This document shows, one piece after another, positions 37,011-49,494 of a stretch of 64,000 bases of DNA. The position numbers and the translations under genes were made by a program. Origin of the DNA: Lama guanicoe (lineage: Eukaryota); NCBI GenBank assembly GCA_013239625.1, contig MU054212.1:7879412-7943411 (forward strand), read 5' to 3'. Position 1 is the first letter of the stretch. Each line of letters starts with the position of its first letter. The notes beneath the pieces were generated by a model. That model did not search any database. It saw nothing but the letters and a program-made list of their open reading frames with translations, and was not told the origin of the DNA.

Positions 37011-38630
37011 ACTATGCCATCTTGCCTTAATCTATGTCAAGTCTATCACATGTAAAGAGATAATACTTGTTAAGTGCTCACAAAGTATCTGACCTGTGGT
37101 AAATTCTTAAAGATGTTAGCAATTATCATTACATAATAAGATTTAGAAGATGTTCTGGTATGTATGTTATTCTACACAACACTGCTTAGAAATAGTAAGA
37201 TTTTTAGGGCAGCTTTGGATATTTCTTATGTAAGTTTGAGTAAAGCTTTGTTTACAAGCATGCCTGTTATAAATTGGCGAAATCCTCCTTCTGCTCAAAT
37301 ACTATCCATCATTTTGACCCGCACAGTTGAAGTTTTCACCCAAAAGAATATGCCTGATAGAAATTTTCCACATACACATCTTTGCAGCTCTAACCTTTTG
37401 ACAGAGAGTGATTGCAGCTAATGGTACTAATGAGAGCAAGTGGAATCCCCTTCCACGCTTGGTATTGGAATAATATGTCAATTTGTTCATGGCCATCTTG
37501 TTAGGAATTAAACGCTCTGACATTTGCATAACCTAAGGGAGCTCGTGAGAGGTTGGCAGCCAAGGAAGGGAATCAGGCCAGAGGCTGGAAAGCCTTAAGT
37601 CACAGGGGATGGATTGGTTAACGGAGTCCTCAAGGTCATGCCGTGGTTCCAGGCAGAACCCAAACAGACCCTAGAAAAAAGTCAGGTGCAAACTTGGGCT
37701 CTGATCTCTTTTCCCAGTAATATGGGTTAGTTGGGGATAGGTGGGTTGTCATCCTCTGTACAGAAAGAAGTGTATAGAAAATTAGGTGACGGGACATCTA
37801 ACTGAAGTAAGAATGTAACAGATGAAGAATTACACATACTTGCATGTCCTAGACACAGGCAGCCAGGGAGCAGCGGCGCCATTGTGCGTGAATTCCTGGA
37901 GAGAAGGATGCTGCCTGGGGAGGTGCATGAGAAATGAGCAACAGACAAGGCAAAGCAGGTTTGAGGACAGCCTGGCTCAGGTCGGCAGAAATGTGGGGAC
38001 TCTAGAGGGATTCAGAGACTGCAGAAGAGAGAGGCTATGTTGCAGCCTCAAGCTGGGTGACCAGCAGTTGCCTTGTCTCTCTTGTGGCTCCCGCAGTCTT
38101 TATCTGTGACCTCGGAGTGTTGGAGGTAATGATGTCATTGGGTAAGTGTCCCAGGCCACCTCCCCCAGTAAGAGGACGACTGAGGAGACCAGCAAACCTG
38201 CCACCACTCTGCTACTCGGCAAGGACGGCCTGGGAGAACGGGGTGGGAAAATCTCTCTTTGGACATTTGTCCTCTGCTATGGCCCCCCCATCTCGGTGGG
38301 CTGCTTCTCCATGAGCTTCCATGACAAGAGTTTCTTTTAACACTTAAGGAGTGTGTTGGTAATGTTAGTGACCCACAAGGTCTCCAAAGCAATCTCTGCA
38401 AATGTTACATGTGGTTTATTATCTGGAGAAGTAGCAAGCTTTTATTAACCATAATAACTAATATGCTGTATCGTGATTTACTGTTTGCAAGGTATTTCAG
38501 TTGCACTGTATCTGAATCTCCCAGCAATCCTGCAGATAAGGTGATGTCATAATTTCTTTTTTAAGGAGGAAGAGAATCCAGCTCTATGTTATGTCTTTGA
38601 GGCACTGAGTTAGTGAGCAAACGCAGATAA

Positions 38631-39060
38631 TTTTTTAAATTTTTGACTGAAGTATAGTTGATTTACAATGTTGTGTTAGTTTCAGGTGTACAGCAAAGTG
38701 ATTCAGTTATACATACATATATAGATATACATTTTTGAGACCCTTTTCCTTTATAGGTTATTACCAGATATTGAATATAGTTTCCTGTGTTACAGTTGGT
38801 CTTTGTTATTTATCTGTTCTGTATATAATAGTGTGTATCTGTTAATCCCAAACTCCTAATTTATCCCTCCCCTCTCTTGCCCTTTGGTAACCGTAAGATT
38901 GTTTTCTGTGTCTGTGAGTCTGTTTCTTTTTGTAAATAAGTTCATTTGTATCATTTTTCTACATTCCACATATAGATGATATCTTGTGATATTTGTCTTT
39001 CTGTTTCTGACTTACTTCACTTAATATGATCATCTCTAGGTCCATCCATGTTGCTGCATT
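38631..39060 (-). mobile_element. 5'-truncated L1 3' end
   Basis: GAAGTATAGTTGATTTACAATGTTGTGTTAGTTTCAGGTGTACAGCAAAGTGATTCAG ... CTAGGTCCATCCATGTTGCTGCA. Confidence 0.93.
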
Positions 39061-40702
39061 CTTTTTTTACTTTTAAAGCAGGAGATGAGAAATTCAAGGT
39101 GAGGAGACCTAAATGGCCACCTGGAATAGTGGTCTTTGTGGGTCTGCCAGTTCCCCAACCAAAGCAGACCATCTAAAAGGAACCCAAGTGTATTTATACC
39201 TGCAAAGGATTTACTCTACCTAGTGATTAAGCCTCCAGGACACACTAGATAAGTTTAGTAGCACTTTAAGACCTCAGGGTTTCCATTCCCTTAACCTTCT
39301 TATTTCCTGCCCTTGATTCTGCATGAAAACATTCATCTCCCCACAGTTCCAAGAAGCAATTCCAAAAATAAATGTAGGCATTTGCTTGAGCCGGGACGTC
39401 ATGTCCTCATTTTTCTTTCCAAAGCCTACAGGACATCCAGGTTGCTCTTGAAGTCTGTCCACTAGCACAGCAAATGCAGGTTCTACTCCCAGTGTGGTGT
39501 CCGTATTAGGCAAAGCTGCACGTAGTAGACAATGCCCTCGAAGGAACTGCTTAGATGAGTAATTTATAGTAAAAAGCATCAAAAAAAAAAACCCTGAGGA
39601 TTTATTTAGCATAATTTATCTCACTCTTCATTCAGAAGAAGTAAAATTCCATATATTAAGTAATGTATGTAGAAGTGCTTTGGACTCTGAGCATTAACGC
39701 AGCACGCAGTTGCTGGGATTCTGAAGTGAGAATGGCCAGCCGGCACCTCCATCAGCTGGGAGCTAATTCCTTCCGGAGCCAGAGAGGATGGGTAGTGTTG
39801 CCTTGTGGCCCCTTGCGCTCTTCTTGACAAAACCGAGGGAGCCTGGCAAAGTAGGAAGGGTACAGATCTTGAAGTCAGATTTAAGTTCAGATAGAATCTT
39901 CACACAGTAACTAGCGCTGGGACCTCTCCAAGCCCAGAGGTCCTCGTTTGGATTAGCCAGCTGTCAGCCGGGACTTCCTCTCCCCTTAGGGGAGTCAGAT
40001 CAAGTTGGTGCAAACCAATATGTACATCTAAACCCCACACACCACCTTTGGGGATTCCTGTCCCTGAAACTGTTATTTGTCTGACTCCAATCGTAGGCAA
40101 GCTGTGTTCTCATTTCCTTCTTTATCAGGTTGCAAGTGAGACTGCCTCCTGGCCAGTGTCCACTGAAGAATCCACTCAGACTGAGGGTCCAGTAACGTCA
40201 CTGAGAGTTTGGGGTTGACACTGACGGATAGGATGGGGCGAGGGTAGGAAGCACACAGCCTTTTTTCATCTCTCCAGCAACTTCTGGCTTGCTTCTCCTT
40301 TGTTTCACTCCTCACAGCGGCCTCCTGATTGTTTCTTAGAAACTGCAAATATCTTCCCTCTCACTGCGCAGAGAGGTTTAGCCCTCCTTTGTCCTTGTTC
40401 CAAACTTTCATTCTCAAATACATCAAGATGCTTGCAGAACAAAGGGTCTTCCAGTGGCCTCCTCAGAAGATAGTCCAGGTTATACATAGAAAAGAGAAAG
40501 TTTTCCCTAGCTTTTTAAAATAGTAATAGTCATCCCTCCTCTGCTCCTTTCCGAGATTTGTTTGAATTTTAGGTGTAAAGGATGTAAAATACTTGCACAT
40601 AGTAAACGCATAATAAGTGATGATAATGGTGATGGTGATGATGATTCTGTATTTGGTAGCCAGTGTTTGCAGTAACTGTACTTCTCTGGATATCACTTAT
40701 CA

Positions 40703-41336
40703 TGTTGCAGAAAAGCGTGTGACAGCTCAGTGTTATGGCTCAGTGTAACAGCTCAGTTGTGACAGCAACCTGGATCTGGGTGAGAGACCAAGTAGCACTC
40801 AAGAGAGTTGAAGAACTCAGGTTTATTACACAAGCAGGCCCAGAGGAGTTAACACTCCAAGCTCTGGACCCCATCTGTAGGTTTACACAGGCTTTTATAG
40901 GCTGCCAGTTTACACTTTGCAACATCATATGCAAATAAGGTATAACAAAAGTTGACTAATTAGGAACAAGCTTTGTAGAAATGGGCCAATCAGGAGGGAG
41001 AGAAATGGGCCAATCAGGAGTGAGGGAAATGGACCAATCAGGAGTGAAAGAAATAACCAATCAGGAGTGAGAGAAATGGGCCAATAAGGAGTGAGAGAAA
41101 TAGCCAATCAGGAGTAAGCTCCATGCAAATGAAGCACTACTAATGGGCCAATCAGGAGTTAGCTCAGGGAACCAATAGAATTTTAGGGGTAAGTTCCACT
41201 TTCCTAGAAGTAAGCTGTTTAAGAGGCAAAAAGTGAGATAGAGCCTCTGGGCCAGGGAACTGGATGGTGCTGGCAGGAGAGTAGTGGTCCTGCCTGGGGG
41301 TCCTGCCGGTCTTTTTTTATGGGGCTTCCTGCCTCA
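40703..41336 (-). mobile_element. ERV1-type solo LTR (634 bp) with 4-bp TSD ATCA, inserted in an L2 3' end
   Basis: TG...CA ends; ATCA at 40699-40702 and 41337-41340; on the - strand TATAAAA (40893-40899) precedes AATAAA (40822-40827), giving U3-R-U5 order. Confidence 0.9.
40977..41115. repeat. Tandem array of six 23-24-bp units (AGAAATGGGCCAATCAGGAGTGAG) in the LTR U3
   Basis: CCAAT at 40986, 41010, 41034, 41057, 41081 and 41104. Confidence 0.95.
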
Positions 41337-41340
41337 ATCA

Positions 41341-41515
41341 CAATTAGAATAATTATTTTTCCAACCTGATTTTAATGTCTGTCTCCCCCATAAATTCTCC
41401 TAGGGCAGAAACTATTTCTGTCTCGTTTACTGGTGCATCACCAGTGCCTTACACGGTGCCTGGCCCACATATTTAACTCTTCACTGCATTAATGAACAGA
41501 TGAATGAATAAATGG
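41341..41515 (+). mobile_element. L2 3' end
   Basis: TGTCTGTCTCCCCC...AGGGCAGAAACTATTTCTGTCTCGTTTACTG...CCAGTGCCTTACACGGTGCCTGGC...GATGAATGAATAAATG. Confidence 0.8.
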
Positions 41516-44500
41516 AGCGATGTTAGGCATGGAGGACTTTTTCTTTAGAGTTAGTGACATTAGAGGAAGAAGAAGTGACCGCAGGTGAGGGATAGAGGAG
41601 GCACATAAGATGTTCTTGGAATGTTGTGAGTGCTCTACGAGTTTGGAAAAGATTAGCAGAGCCTTCATTCCTTCATGTACTCCTTGTCTCTCTGCATTTT
41701 CTGTCCCCCCCACAGCATTAGTCTCCTACCTGTTGTCATCAGGTTTATTGGCCTCCCTGAAGCTGAAAAGGAGACAATAGAATATTCGTTTGCCTACCTC
41801 CGCTTTGCCTCACAAACACAACTCATGATCATTTGGTTTTCCGACTCGTGCAAGAAAACCTACTTTACCCATAATTTATTTGAAATAGTTGCTGTTTTTT
41901 CCCTAGTATTTTTCCATGGCAGATAATTTGCATTTTAGCGACCTTGTGGGATCACCTAATAATCTAACTTTAATGTTCCTGCATTTTCTGAACAAAATGG
42001 GCTGTGTACTGTAATGAAACTTGTAAATGAACTTCAGGAACATAACTCACTCCTCTCCTGCACAGTTGCCTCTATGTGCAGTGACAGCACGTTGCAAAGC
42101 TGAGACACTGGATTTATAGTCAGCCTCCTCCACGGGCCTCTTTTCCTCACCTGAAAATGAGGAGTCTGGCCTCAGGAAAAGAATTTTACACAATCACGAG
42201 GGGTGGAGCCTGAGTGGGCTGGGTTCTGCCCTCCCTCCCCGGCCAGGGCAACTCCATGATTATCTGTTTTAAATGCTTGGCTCCAGTTGATGAATTCATT
42301 TGAAGAAAAGATTGCATGACAGAAATAAAAACCAAGCAAGCTGGGGGAAAGACCCTTTCTGTAAGCCAAAGCAAAGAAAATTAAATCACCCACCAAATAT
42401 TTTCTGAGTCTAAAGCACTATGTTAGTAGGAGTGTCAGATAAAAAAGCGGGATATGTGGTTAAATTCAGCTTCAGGCAATAATTGGTATGGCTCTTGAAA
42501 TTTTACTGCATCACTTCATTGGCTTGTCTGGCGTTGGAGAACACCGTCATTCCCCTTGCCAGCCAGTGGGCTGGCTCTTCTTGGGCCTGATTTTCAGATG
42601 TGCTGTTCACACAAGGTTCTAAAGCAGCGCACAAGAAGCTAGCCACTCTCTCAGCTTCATCTTCGCCTCCTTTTACTATATCATGCTGGCCCTCACCCCA
42701 CCTCCCTCCCAAAGACTACATCCCATGACCTTCCCACTTCTGGAATTGATTTCTCGTTTAAAAATTGAAATCAATGGGAAAATAGTGCTCAATATACAGA
42801 ACTGAAGTTTACAGGAAATACACCGAGGGGGCATCTATACCATGGAGTTAGAAATTTTGGTTCTCAGTGCCCTGCATGTGGAGAGCTCGCCTTGACAGTG
42901 ATGGAGCACTATGTTGTACCTTCAGATTGGCTGTTAACACTGATAAAAGTTATAATTACAAGAGAGCAAAACCACATTAAATTCTAAAATGTAACTTTTC
43001 CTAATGGGCATTTGCATGCTGCACTTACATGCATGTATGCTATTTATCATTTGTTTGAGACTTTCTAAAGACTGTGGAAGAATCTTTTCAAATAGATTAG
43101 ATGTGAGCCATAATTAATATGACTATATCCATCCAGACAAAACATTTTAAGATGTACATTTCCCATTGGCTTTATACTAAGCACTTATCACCAAAGAGAG
43201 AAATGAACTGCTTTCCAAAGCCATTAGGTCATAGATTTTCAAATGAAGTCACAGGTAAGGGAAGAAGAATGAATGATTACACAGACAGGATTGAACTCCA
43301 GGTTCTAAAACCACTAGGCTGGAGTAAAAAGGTACAGACAGCTTTGTAAAGGGAAAAATCTGAGTGTTCTGAAATTTAAGGCTTCATTTAAATGACTTGA
43401 ACCTCTTGGGATGGAAAGACGTTTTGTCACATGTTCCGGGGCTCTTCAAAATTCTGCATTTAAAACAAGAGTGATATTATGAACTTTCAAAAAATATTTA
43501 TAGTACATTTTTGCCAAAAATCCAGTGAATCAATCACATTTCTTGAATATAGATCCTGTTTGAAAGTAGTGATGGAAAATTCAGTAGTGAATTTTAATAA
43601 CTGAAAATAATCTATCTGGTTCTAGAAATGACAGAATCTGGACAATAATTCTCTACTCGTCCTATATGTGATCGTCCTACTGTCACACGTCCTCAGTTTT
43701 GCCAAGAAGGGCTTCCACTGCCAGAGGCCACACTTTGCCCTTTCTTTGGCGCAGGAAAAAATTAGCTTCATTCAAAATTGAGCAGTAGTAAAAATTAATT
43801 GGTATTCATTTTAAATCACTGTGTAGATAGTGAAAGTATTGGTAGTCAAAGGATATTTGGCGTCTTTGAAAACATTCAGCGTTATCCAAAATTGACCATT
43901 TGAGGCTTAACTGAAATAGTATTTTTTTTTATGTGAGTAAAGACTATCTTAATCATTAAAGGAAGAGCTAGCTAACATTTACTAGGGAGGGTGAGTCAGA
44001 CTGTACCAATGGAAGTTGTTAGCTAAGTTCACATGCACAAACAGCATACAGTTTACAATTTTAAATGATACATGTACAAAATTATTTTGTAAAATGATCA
44101 TGAAACTTACTTATTTAGGTGACATCTTAATTATCTCTTCTAAGATGGTCTGTTGCTCTTTACCATTTGTCCTCATCTCTTAAAAATATACTTGAAGCCA
44201 TAAGAGTAGAAGTGAATGATTCTTCTCATTTTATTTCTAAGTAGTCTGTCTTTGCAACAACTAAGCCACCTGTGTCACGGTCCTCCATCTTAACAGGACA
44301 TACACCAAGGCCTGCTCAGAGAGGAAGCCCCTCCATTCTTGGGACTAGCTCTCAGATGTGCGCTCCACTGCCATTATTTCCAGGTCAAATCTTCCCAAGC
44401 TCTTCAGCCTCTCTGCACCACCAATTCATCTGGTGCATTTACTGTCAGATTACTATTCTTTAATTACTGCTTGCATTAGTTAACTCCTGTGCACAGGAGT

Positions 44501-44606
44501 CATCCCAAGCTCCTTCTTTCCTCCTCTGTGAAGTGTAAGCTCCCCCAGATGACCTGCAGTCAGTGCCACACTCCCTGATTTCATTCATTCTAGGCACTGA
44601 CGGTTT

Positions 44607-45270
44607 TGTCGCCAGACAGAACTTGGGTCCACTCACCCATGAACGGTGACCCTGATCTGCCAGTACCAAGTTGCAGTGGAGGAGAGTGTAACATTTATTG
44701 CAGGCACCAAACAAGGAGTGTGGGAAGCTAATGCTAAACAACAACAACAAAAAAAAAACACCCAAACTCCTCAGTGGATTTCAGGGAAGCATTTTTAAAG
44801 GCAAGGTGAGGAGGGGGAGTGGCAAGGTGTGTGATCAGCTCGTGCACAGTGCTCTGGCTGGTTGACGGTGAGGTAAACAGTGGTGTCACGGGTTAACATT
44901 ATCAGTTCTCAGGCTCTAGCAGGTCTGGGGGCTACATGCTTGTGGTCGTCATGTGTTTAACATCTTCCATTTGATGGGGGTTTTAGTATCTGTAAAACAA
45001 CTCAGGATTGTGCGTCAGGGACTATGTACCTCAGGGAGGAACTAAAGATTCTGTGACAGCCGTGTGGCTGATTTACTGTTTAAGTTGTTACCAGCTTCTA
45101 TTTTTGTCACCACATGTTCACATCCTTTCAATCAGTCCTTCTTGAGCCAGTGTTTTGTGACTCAGGGGGAGGCCTGGGACACTGCAGCTTGGTTACTAAC
45201 AAGAGGCAGGCAGAGGACATGCGGGGAGGTGACTGCCCAGGAAGGCCCCATAGGGTCCTGCTTGGCTGTA
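44607..45270 (-). mobile_element. MER34-like ERV1 solo LTR
   Basis: ATTTATTGCAGGCACCAAACAAGGAG, TGTGATCAGCTCGTGCACA, GGGGGTTTTAGTATCTGTAAAACAACTCAGG, terminal GGGTCCTGCTTGGCTGTA; degenerate 4-bp TSD GTTT/GTAT. Confidence 0.75.
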
Positions 45271-45459
45271 GTATTAATAAACGTCACTGAGATGGCACAT
45301 GCCTTCATGGCACCAATAGTCTTATGAGTGATAAGGACACCAAAAACAATTTCATAAAATGGTTTATGCCTGTAATTGTGATACCTGTTATAAAAGTAAA
45401 TTATGAAGGCAGTAAGAAAGCAGTTTGCTAGGGTATTAGAGAAATTAGGAGAGGCTACC

Positions 45460-45700
45460 CTGCTAATGGGAGCTGGCCAGGTCTGGGCTGACAGGGGTTG
45501 GGACATGCAAGGGGGAGGGAAAAGAGAATGTTCCAGGTGATGGAATCAGGAGAAAGGAAGGCCCAGAGGCGTGTGTGACTGCAGTGCAGCGAGCGAGCCG
45601 AGCGACGTGGGCCGAGGATGGATGTGAGAGCCGGGTCGCTCAGGACCGACACAGCCAATTAAGGGCTCTGGACTTTAAACTGAAGTCAGAGGGAAGTCCA
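45460..45700 (-). mobile_element. L2 internal fragment (degenerate)
   Basis: AGAATGTTCCAGGTGATGGAATCAGGAGAAAGGAAGGCCCAGAGG ... GGGCTCTGGACTTTAAACTGAAGTCAGAGGGAAG. Confidence 0.55.
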
Positions 45701-46997
45701 TCTGGCATTTACTCGCCATTTTCCCAAATGCATTGACAGGGGCCCTTAGCCCCAACAGGCACGTCTGCTGAGTCAGCTCACCTAGTCACAGGCTGTCATA
45801 ATAGAAGGACAGCGTCTAAACCAAGGAAGGCACAGGGCACAGGGCCAGCTGGTGAGGAGGGGTGATCCCAAACCCCAGAAACCAAACAGCGTCCTGTGTC
45901 TGCTTCTTCCACGTATAGTCCAACCTATAGTTTACGAATAATCCAGATATCCAAGCAAACCACCGGGCTTAGCCTGGACACCTTTCTGAGGCTGAGTCTG
46001 TCACCATCCCCCCCACACACTTTTAGCTGCTCTCTCTCCTGTTCCCTCTTAGTGCCCCTCGGTCTCTTTTCTCTCTCCTTCTATCTGCTGCCCTGATCTG
46101 ATGGAGCCCTCCCCTCTACTGTTCGGGTCTCCTGTGTCTGTGGAGGAGAGTATTTGACAGGAAGAACTGCTGACCTCATAGCGATGCCCTCATAGCTAGA
46201 GTTCTGTGCAGAGGACATGGTCCTGGTCCTGGTTCTGCGAGCCCGGAGCTGGGAGCACATTCATGAAGGATTAGTGCGGAACGTTTCCCAGATCAGCGTT
46301 CCAAATAACTCCTGACAAGTTTTGCAGAGACAAGCTGTGTAATTAACTTGAACTTTTTGAACTAAAAAACGCCTGACTCTGATTCTGTGGGATTAGGATC
46401 TAGCTGGCTCTGAATTAAAAATAAACACATTTGTCCTCTTCTAAGTGACGTATTTAAAACTAAAACTGACCGTCATTTTTTTTTTCGTTTTTGTTTGGAG
46501 GTGAGAGACCCAGTTTTCTTTCTATTCGTGACTATTACAACTAGCCTTCCCTCTGCATGCCTCCGTAAAATACTGGCAGAACCCTAACGTTTGGATGAAC
46601 AAAGGCACATTCAATTTTAAAAAGCCCATCATTTCAAGGTCTCATTAGCTTGGCTGCTTTTCAGACTATTAATGGACCTTGGAGAACAATAATTCAAGTT
46701 TAAAACGTGGAGCCACAGGGCAATGACTTGCTGGCTTGAAAGGACTTCGCAGACCCTTGTGATGGTGACACTCGCTTGTGAACTTCAAGGTTCTCGTTCT
46801 TCATTCCTCCTCCCTTCCTTAATACGCCATCTTCATTTCTTGACGGGAGTTCTCTAGAGAGTTTTCACATTCGAGGGACTGGCTCAAAGAAATAGATCTG
46901 CAAAGCAGAAAAGAGAAAAAGTGACGTGGACTTGTGAAGACAATCATGCTGAGAAGCATCTCTAACCAGGACCCAAGAATTTTTAAGTTTTGACTGT

Positions 46998-47007
46998 GTG
47001 ACGTCAC
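46998..47007. promoter_or_regulatory. Full palindromic CRE GTGACGTCAC, with TGACGT half-sites near 46445 and 46922
   Basis: Seen directly; the CpG-containing motif is retained in repeat-free DNA. Confidence 0.35.
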
Positions 47008-47941
47008 TTTGCAGCCTTGGACCACTGTCATTTGACTTCTGAGTGTCATTGGTTTCACCAAGTGACCCCACAAAGTTGAGAAACAGTCGTCCAGACAACA
47101 TATTGCAAATGGAAAAGCCACGATGAGGAACTTCTTGATCTGACTCGTTGATTTACACACTGTTTCTGTTTGCCCTTGAAATGCTTTTCTATTTGAAATG
47201 GTTGGACTTCAGGTAACTGTGTTACTGACAAGACTCAGGCACGTCTCAAGTCTGATCATGTAACAGCTCACAGCTGGAAGGTAGCATCTCTGAGGTGGCT
47301 TTCTATGCTACGTGAGCTCAAAGGATATCATTGGTCACCCATAGTAAACTTCCCAAGTCCCAGAGTCCCTTTCAGAAGCTTTTTGGAGCTTTTTTAAAAG
47401 CATGGTTTTTTAGTAGTTATTTCTCTCCGTGTGTAATCATTTCCAGGTAGTAATTTAGGCTCTTTAAGTCTTTGAAGTCTCTAAGGAGCTTTTAAATGCA
47501 TCACTGCTCTGGTGCATTGAATGACAGTGGAATGGTGGGAGCTAGTCTGTCTGCCCAGAGCATCAGGAAATGGCTCGAGTGCCCCTCAGCAAAAGCCTTT
47601 GTTAAAAAAAAAGAACTGCTTGTTCAGTCTGGGACACCGAGCCCGCTGCTTATTACCCTTTGCTACGTTCTCACAAAGGTCAGGGACGCTTGTTTCCATA
47701 AATGCGGACACTGAAGCATGAATATGGAACACTTGCTTTCAGTATTCACAGGTTCGTAGGCTGAAGCATCGCAAGAGTGACTTTTACAGTCTCAAAAGTG
47801 TGTCCACCATGGTGCTAATGCTATTTGGCTAAAACATTTTGTTCAGTTCTTACTTTGTGTCACCGTGACTGCTTCTAGCGGTGTGTCTGTGGAGTAGGGG
47901 GTACTTTGAAGTGTGGGCATCGTGAGTCAGAGAGGCACAGA

Positions 47942-47990
47942 GTGTATGTGTGTATGTGTGTGTGCATGTGTGTGTGTGTGTGTGTGTGTG
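47942..47990. repeat. (TG)n microsatellite, imperfect
   Basis: Seen directly in the sequence. Confidence 0.95.
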
Positions 47991-48724
47991 TTTTATTTGT
48001 TCCATTTACAGGCACTAACCTGAGGGATTATGATTCAAAAATTAGCTGTGTTTTCTGGTTCTCTGGGCAGGTCTGTTTTCAACATGATTGTGTTGTATAT
48101 CAACTTGTCCTTTATATTATCATAAGAATAACATAACAGTAAAAGGATGTGATCTTTTAATTGGGTTAATGTAATTCATTGTGGTACTGACTTGGAGATC
48201 ATAAAGTTTCCAGTAGCAGGCACCTTATATTCACAGCTTTTGGTTAACTAGCTACTTTTATGTTTCAGAATATTCTGTTATAGGCAGGGTATTCTCCCAT
48301 CCAAATGATTTTGGTATGTGATAGATTGGGGGTTCTGGTGATGCTTCTATTATGATAGTCTTAGATATGATCTTGTGTTTTAATGCTCTGAAAATATTCT
48401 TTACCGTATTTACCTCTATTAAGTTTGACCATATCAATTAAGCAATCAGAGCTAATTTCAACATGGTAATATAGATGGCATCAGAGTGCAGCCCAATTGA
48501 TTCTAATCAGGAACCCCCTGAGATGGAGAGGGTTTGGGTCAGTGGATTCCACCGCTAGCCCACTGGAGTGGAATATTCCTAGAGCATAGTTGACATAGTG
48601 ACTCCTGTATAAGCCATCTAGATGCATTCAAGAATTACTGAGAGGCAAATTACTCAAATGTGAGTTTGTGTTTTATGATGACATTTAGCAGATGCTCAAT
48701 AAACAGTGGTCCAAAGTATGTGAC

Positions 48725-48910
48725 AGTAGGATGAAGAGACTAAAAGCTTGGAATGAAAGTCAGAGGAACCTAGGCTTACATTTCAGCTCTTTAAAGTTTC
48801 TGAGCCTCACTTTCCTCATCTGTAAAATGGGGAGAATAATACTACCAGACTTGAAGATTAAATAAGATCATGAAAATTAGGAATGAACACAAGGAGGTCT
48901 CAATAAATGA
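48725..48910 (+). mobile_element. MIR SINE
   Basis: TCTGAGCCTCACTTTCCTCATCTGTAAAATGGGGAGAATAATACTACC...GAAGATTAAATAAGAT. Confidence 0.85.
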
Positions 48911-49071
48911 ATAAGTCAAACTCAGGAGCTGGTAGAGTATCAGGTGAAATGGGGAGGGAATATAGCATTGAGGGCTAGAACATGGCCTGTGGAGAGACCT
49001 CTAAAGTGCAGATCCTGGATCTGTGGCCACCAGCAATGTGACCTTGTGGAGGTTTCTTACTCCCTCTCAGC

Positions 49072-49494
49072 TATGTTGGGTTCCTATTGCTGCTGTAACA
49101 AATTATCACAAATTTAGCGGCTTAAAACAGCACAAATGTACTACCTTACAGTTCTGGGAGTCCAGAAGTCCAAAATGGGTCTAAAATCAAGGTGCTGGCA
49201 GGTTGCTTCTCATCTGGAAGGTCAAGGAGAAGCCATTTCCTTGGCTTTTCCAGCTTCTAGAGACTGCCTGCACTCCTTGGTTCCGGGGCCTTTCCTCTGT
49301 CTTCCAAGAGTTTCTCTTTTCCTTATAATGACTCATAATTCCATTGAGCCTGCCCAGATAATCCAGGATAATCCCCCCATCTCAAAATCCTTACTTTAAT
49401 CACATCCCCTGAGTCCCTTTCACCATGGTAACATATTCACAAATTCTGGGGATGAGGGCGTGAGCACCCTTGGGAGACCATTCTGCCTGCCTCA
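49072..49494 (-). mobile_element. MLT1D MaLR solo LTR inserted in a MIR
   Basis: TTCCTATTGCTGCTGTAACAAATTATCACAAATTTAGCGGCTTAAAACA, CCCAGATAATCCAGGATAATC..CCATCTCAAAATCCTTA; TSD TCAGC/TCAAC (4/5 match). Confidence 0.9.

Noticed and set aside
40977..41115. Regularly spaced ~24-bp repeats as a CRISPR-like array
   Set aside because: The units are head-to-tail with no unique spacers, and they lie inside a TSD-flanked retroviral LTR in mammalian DNA.
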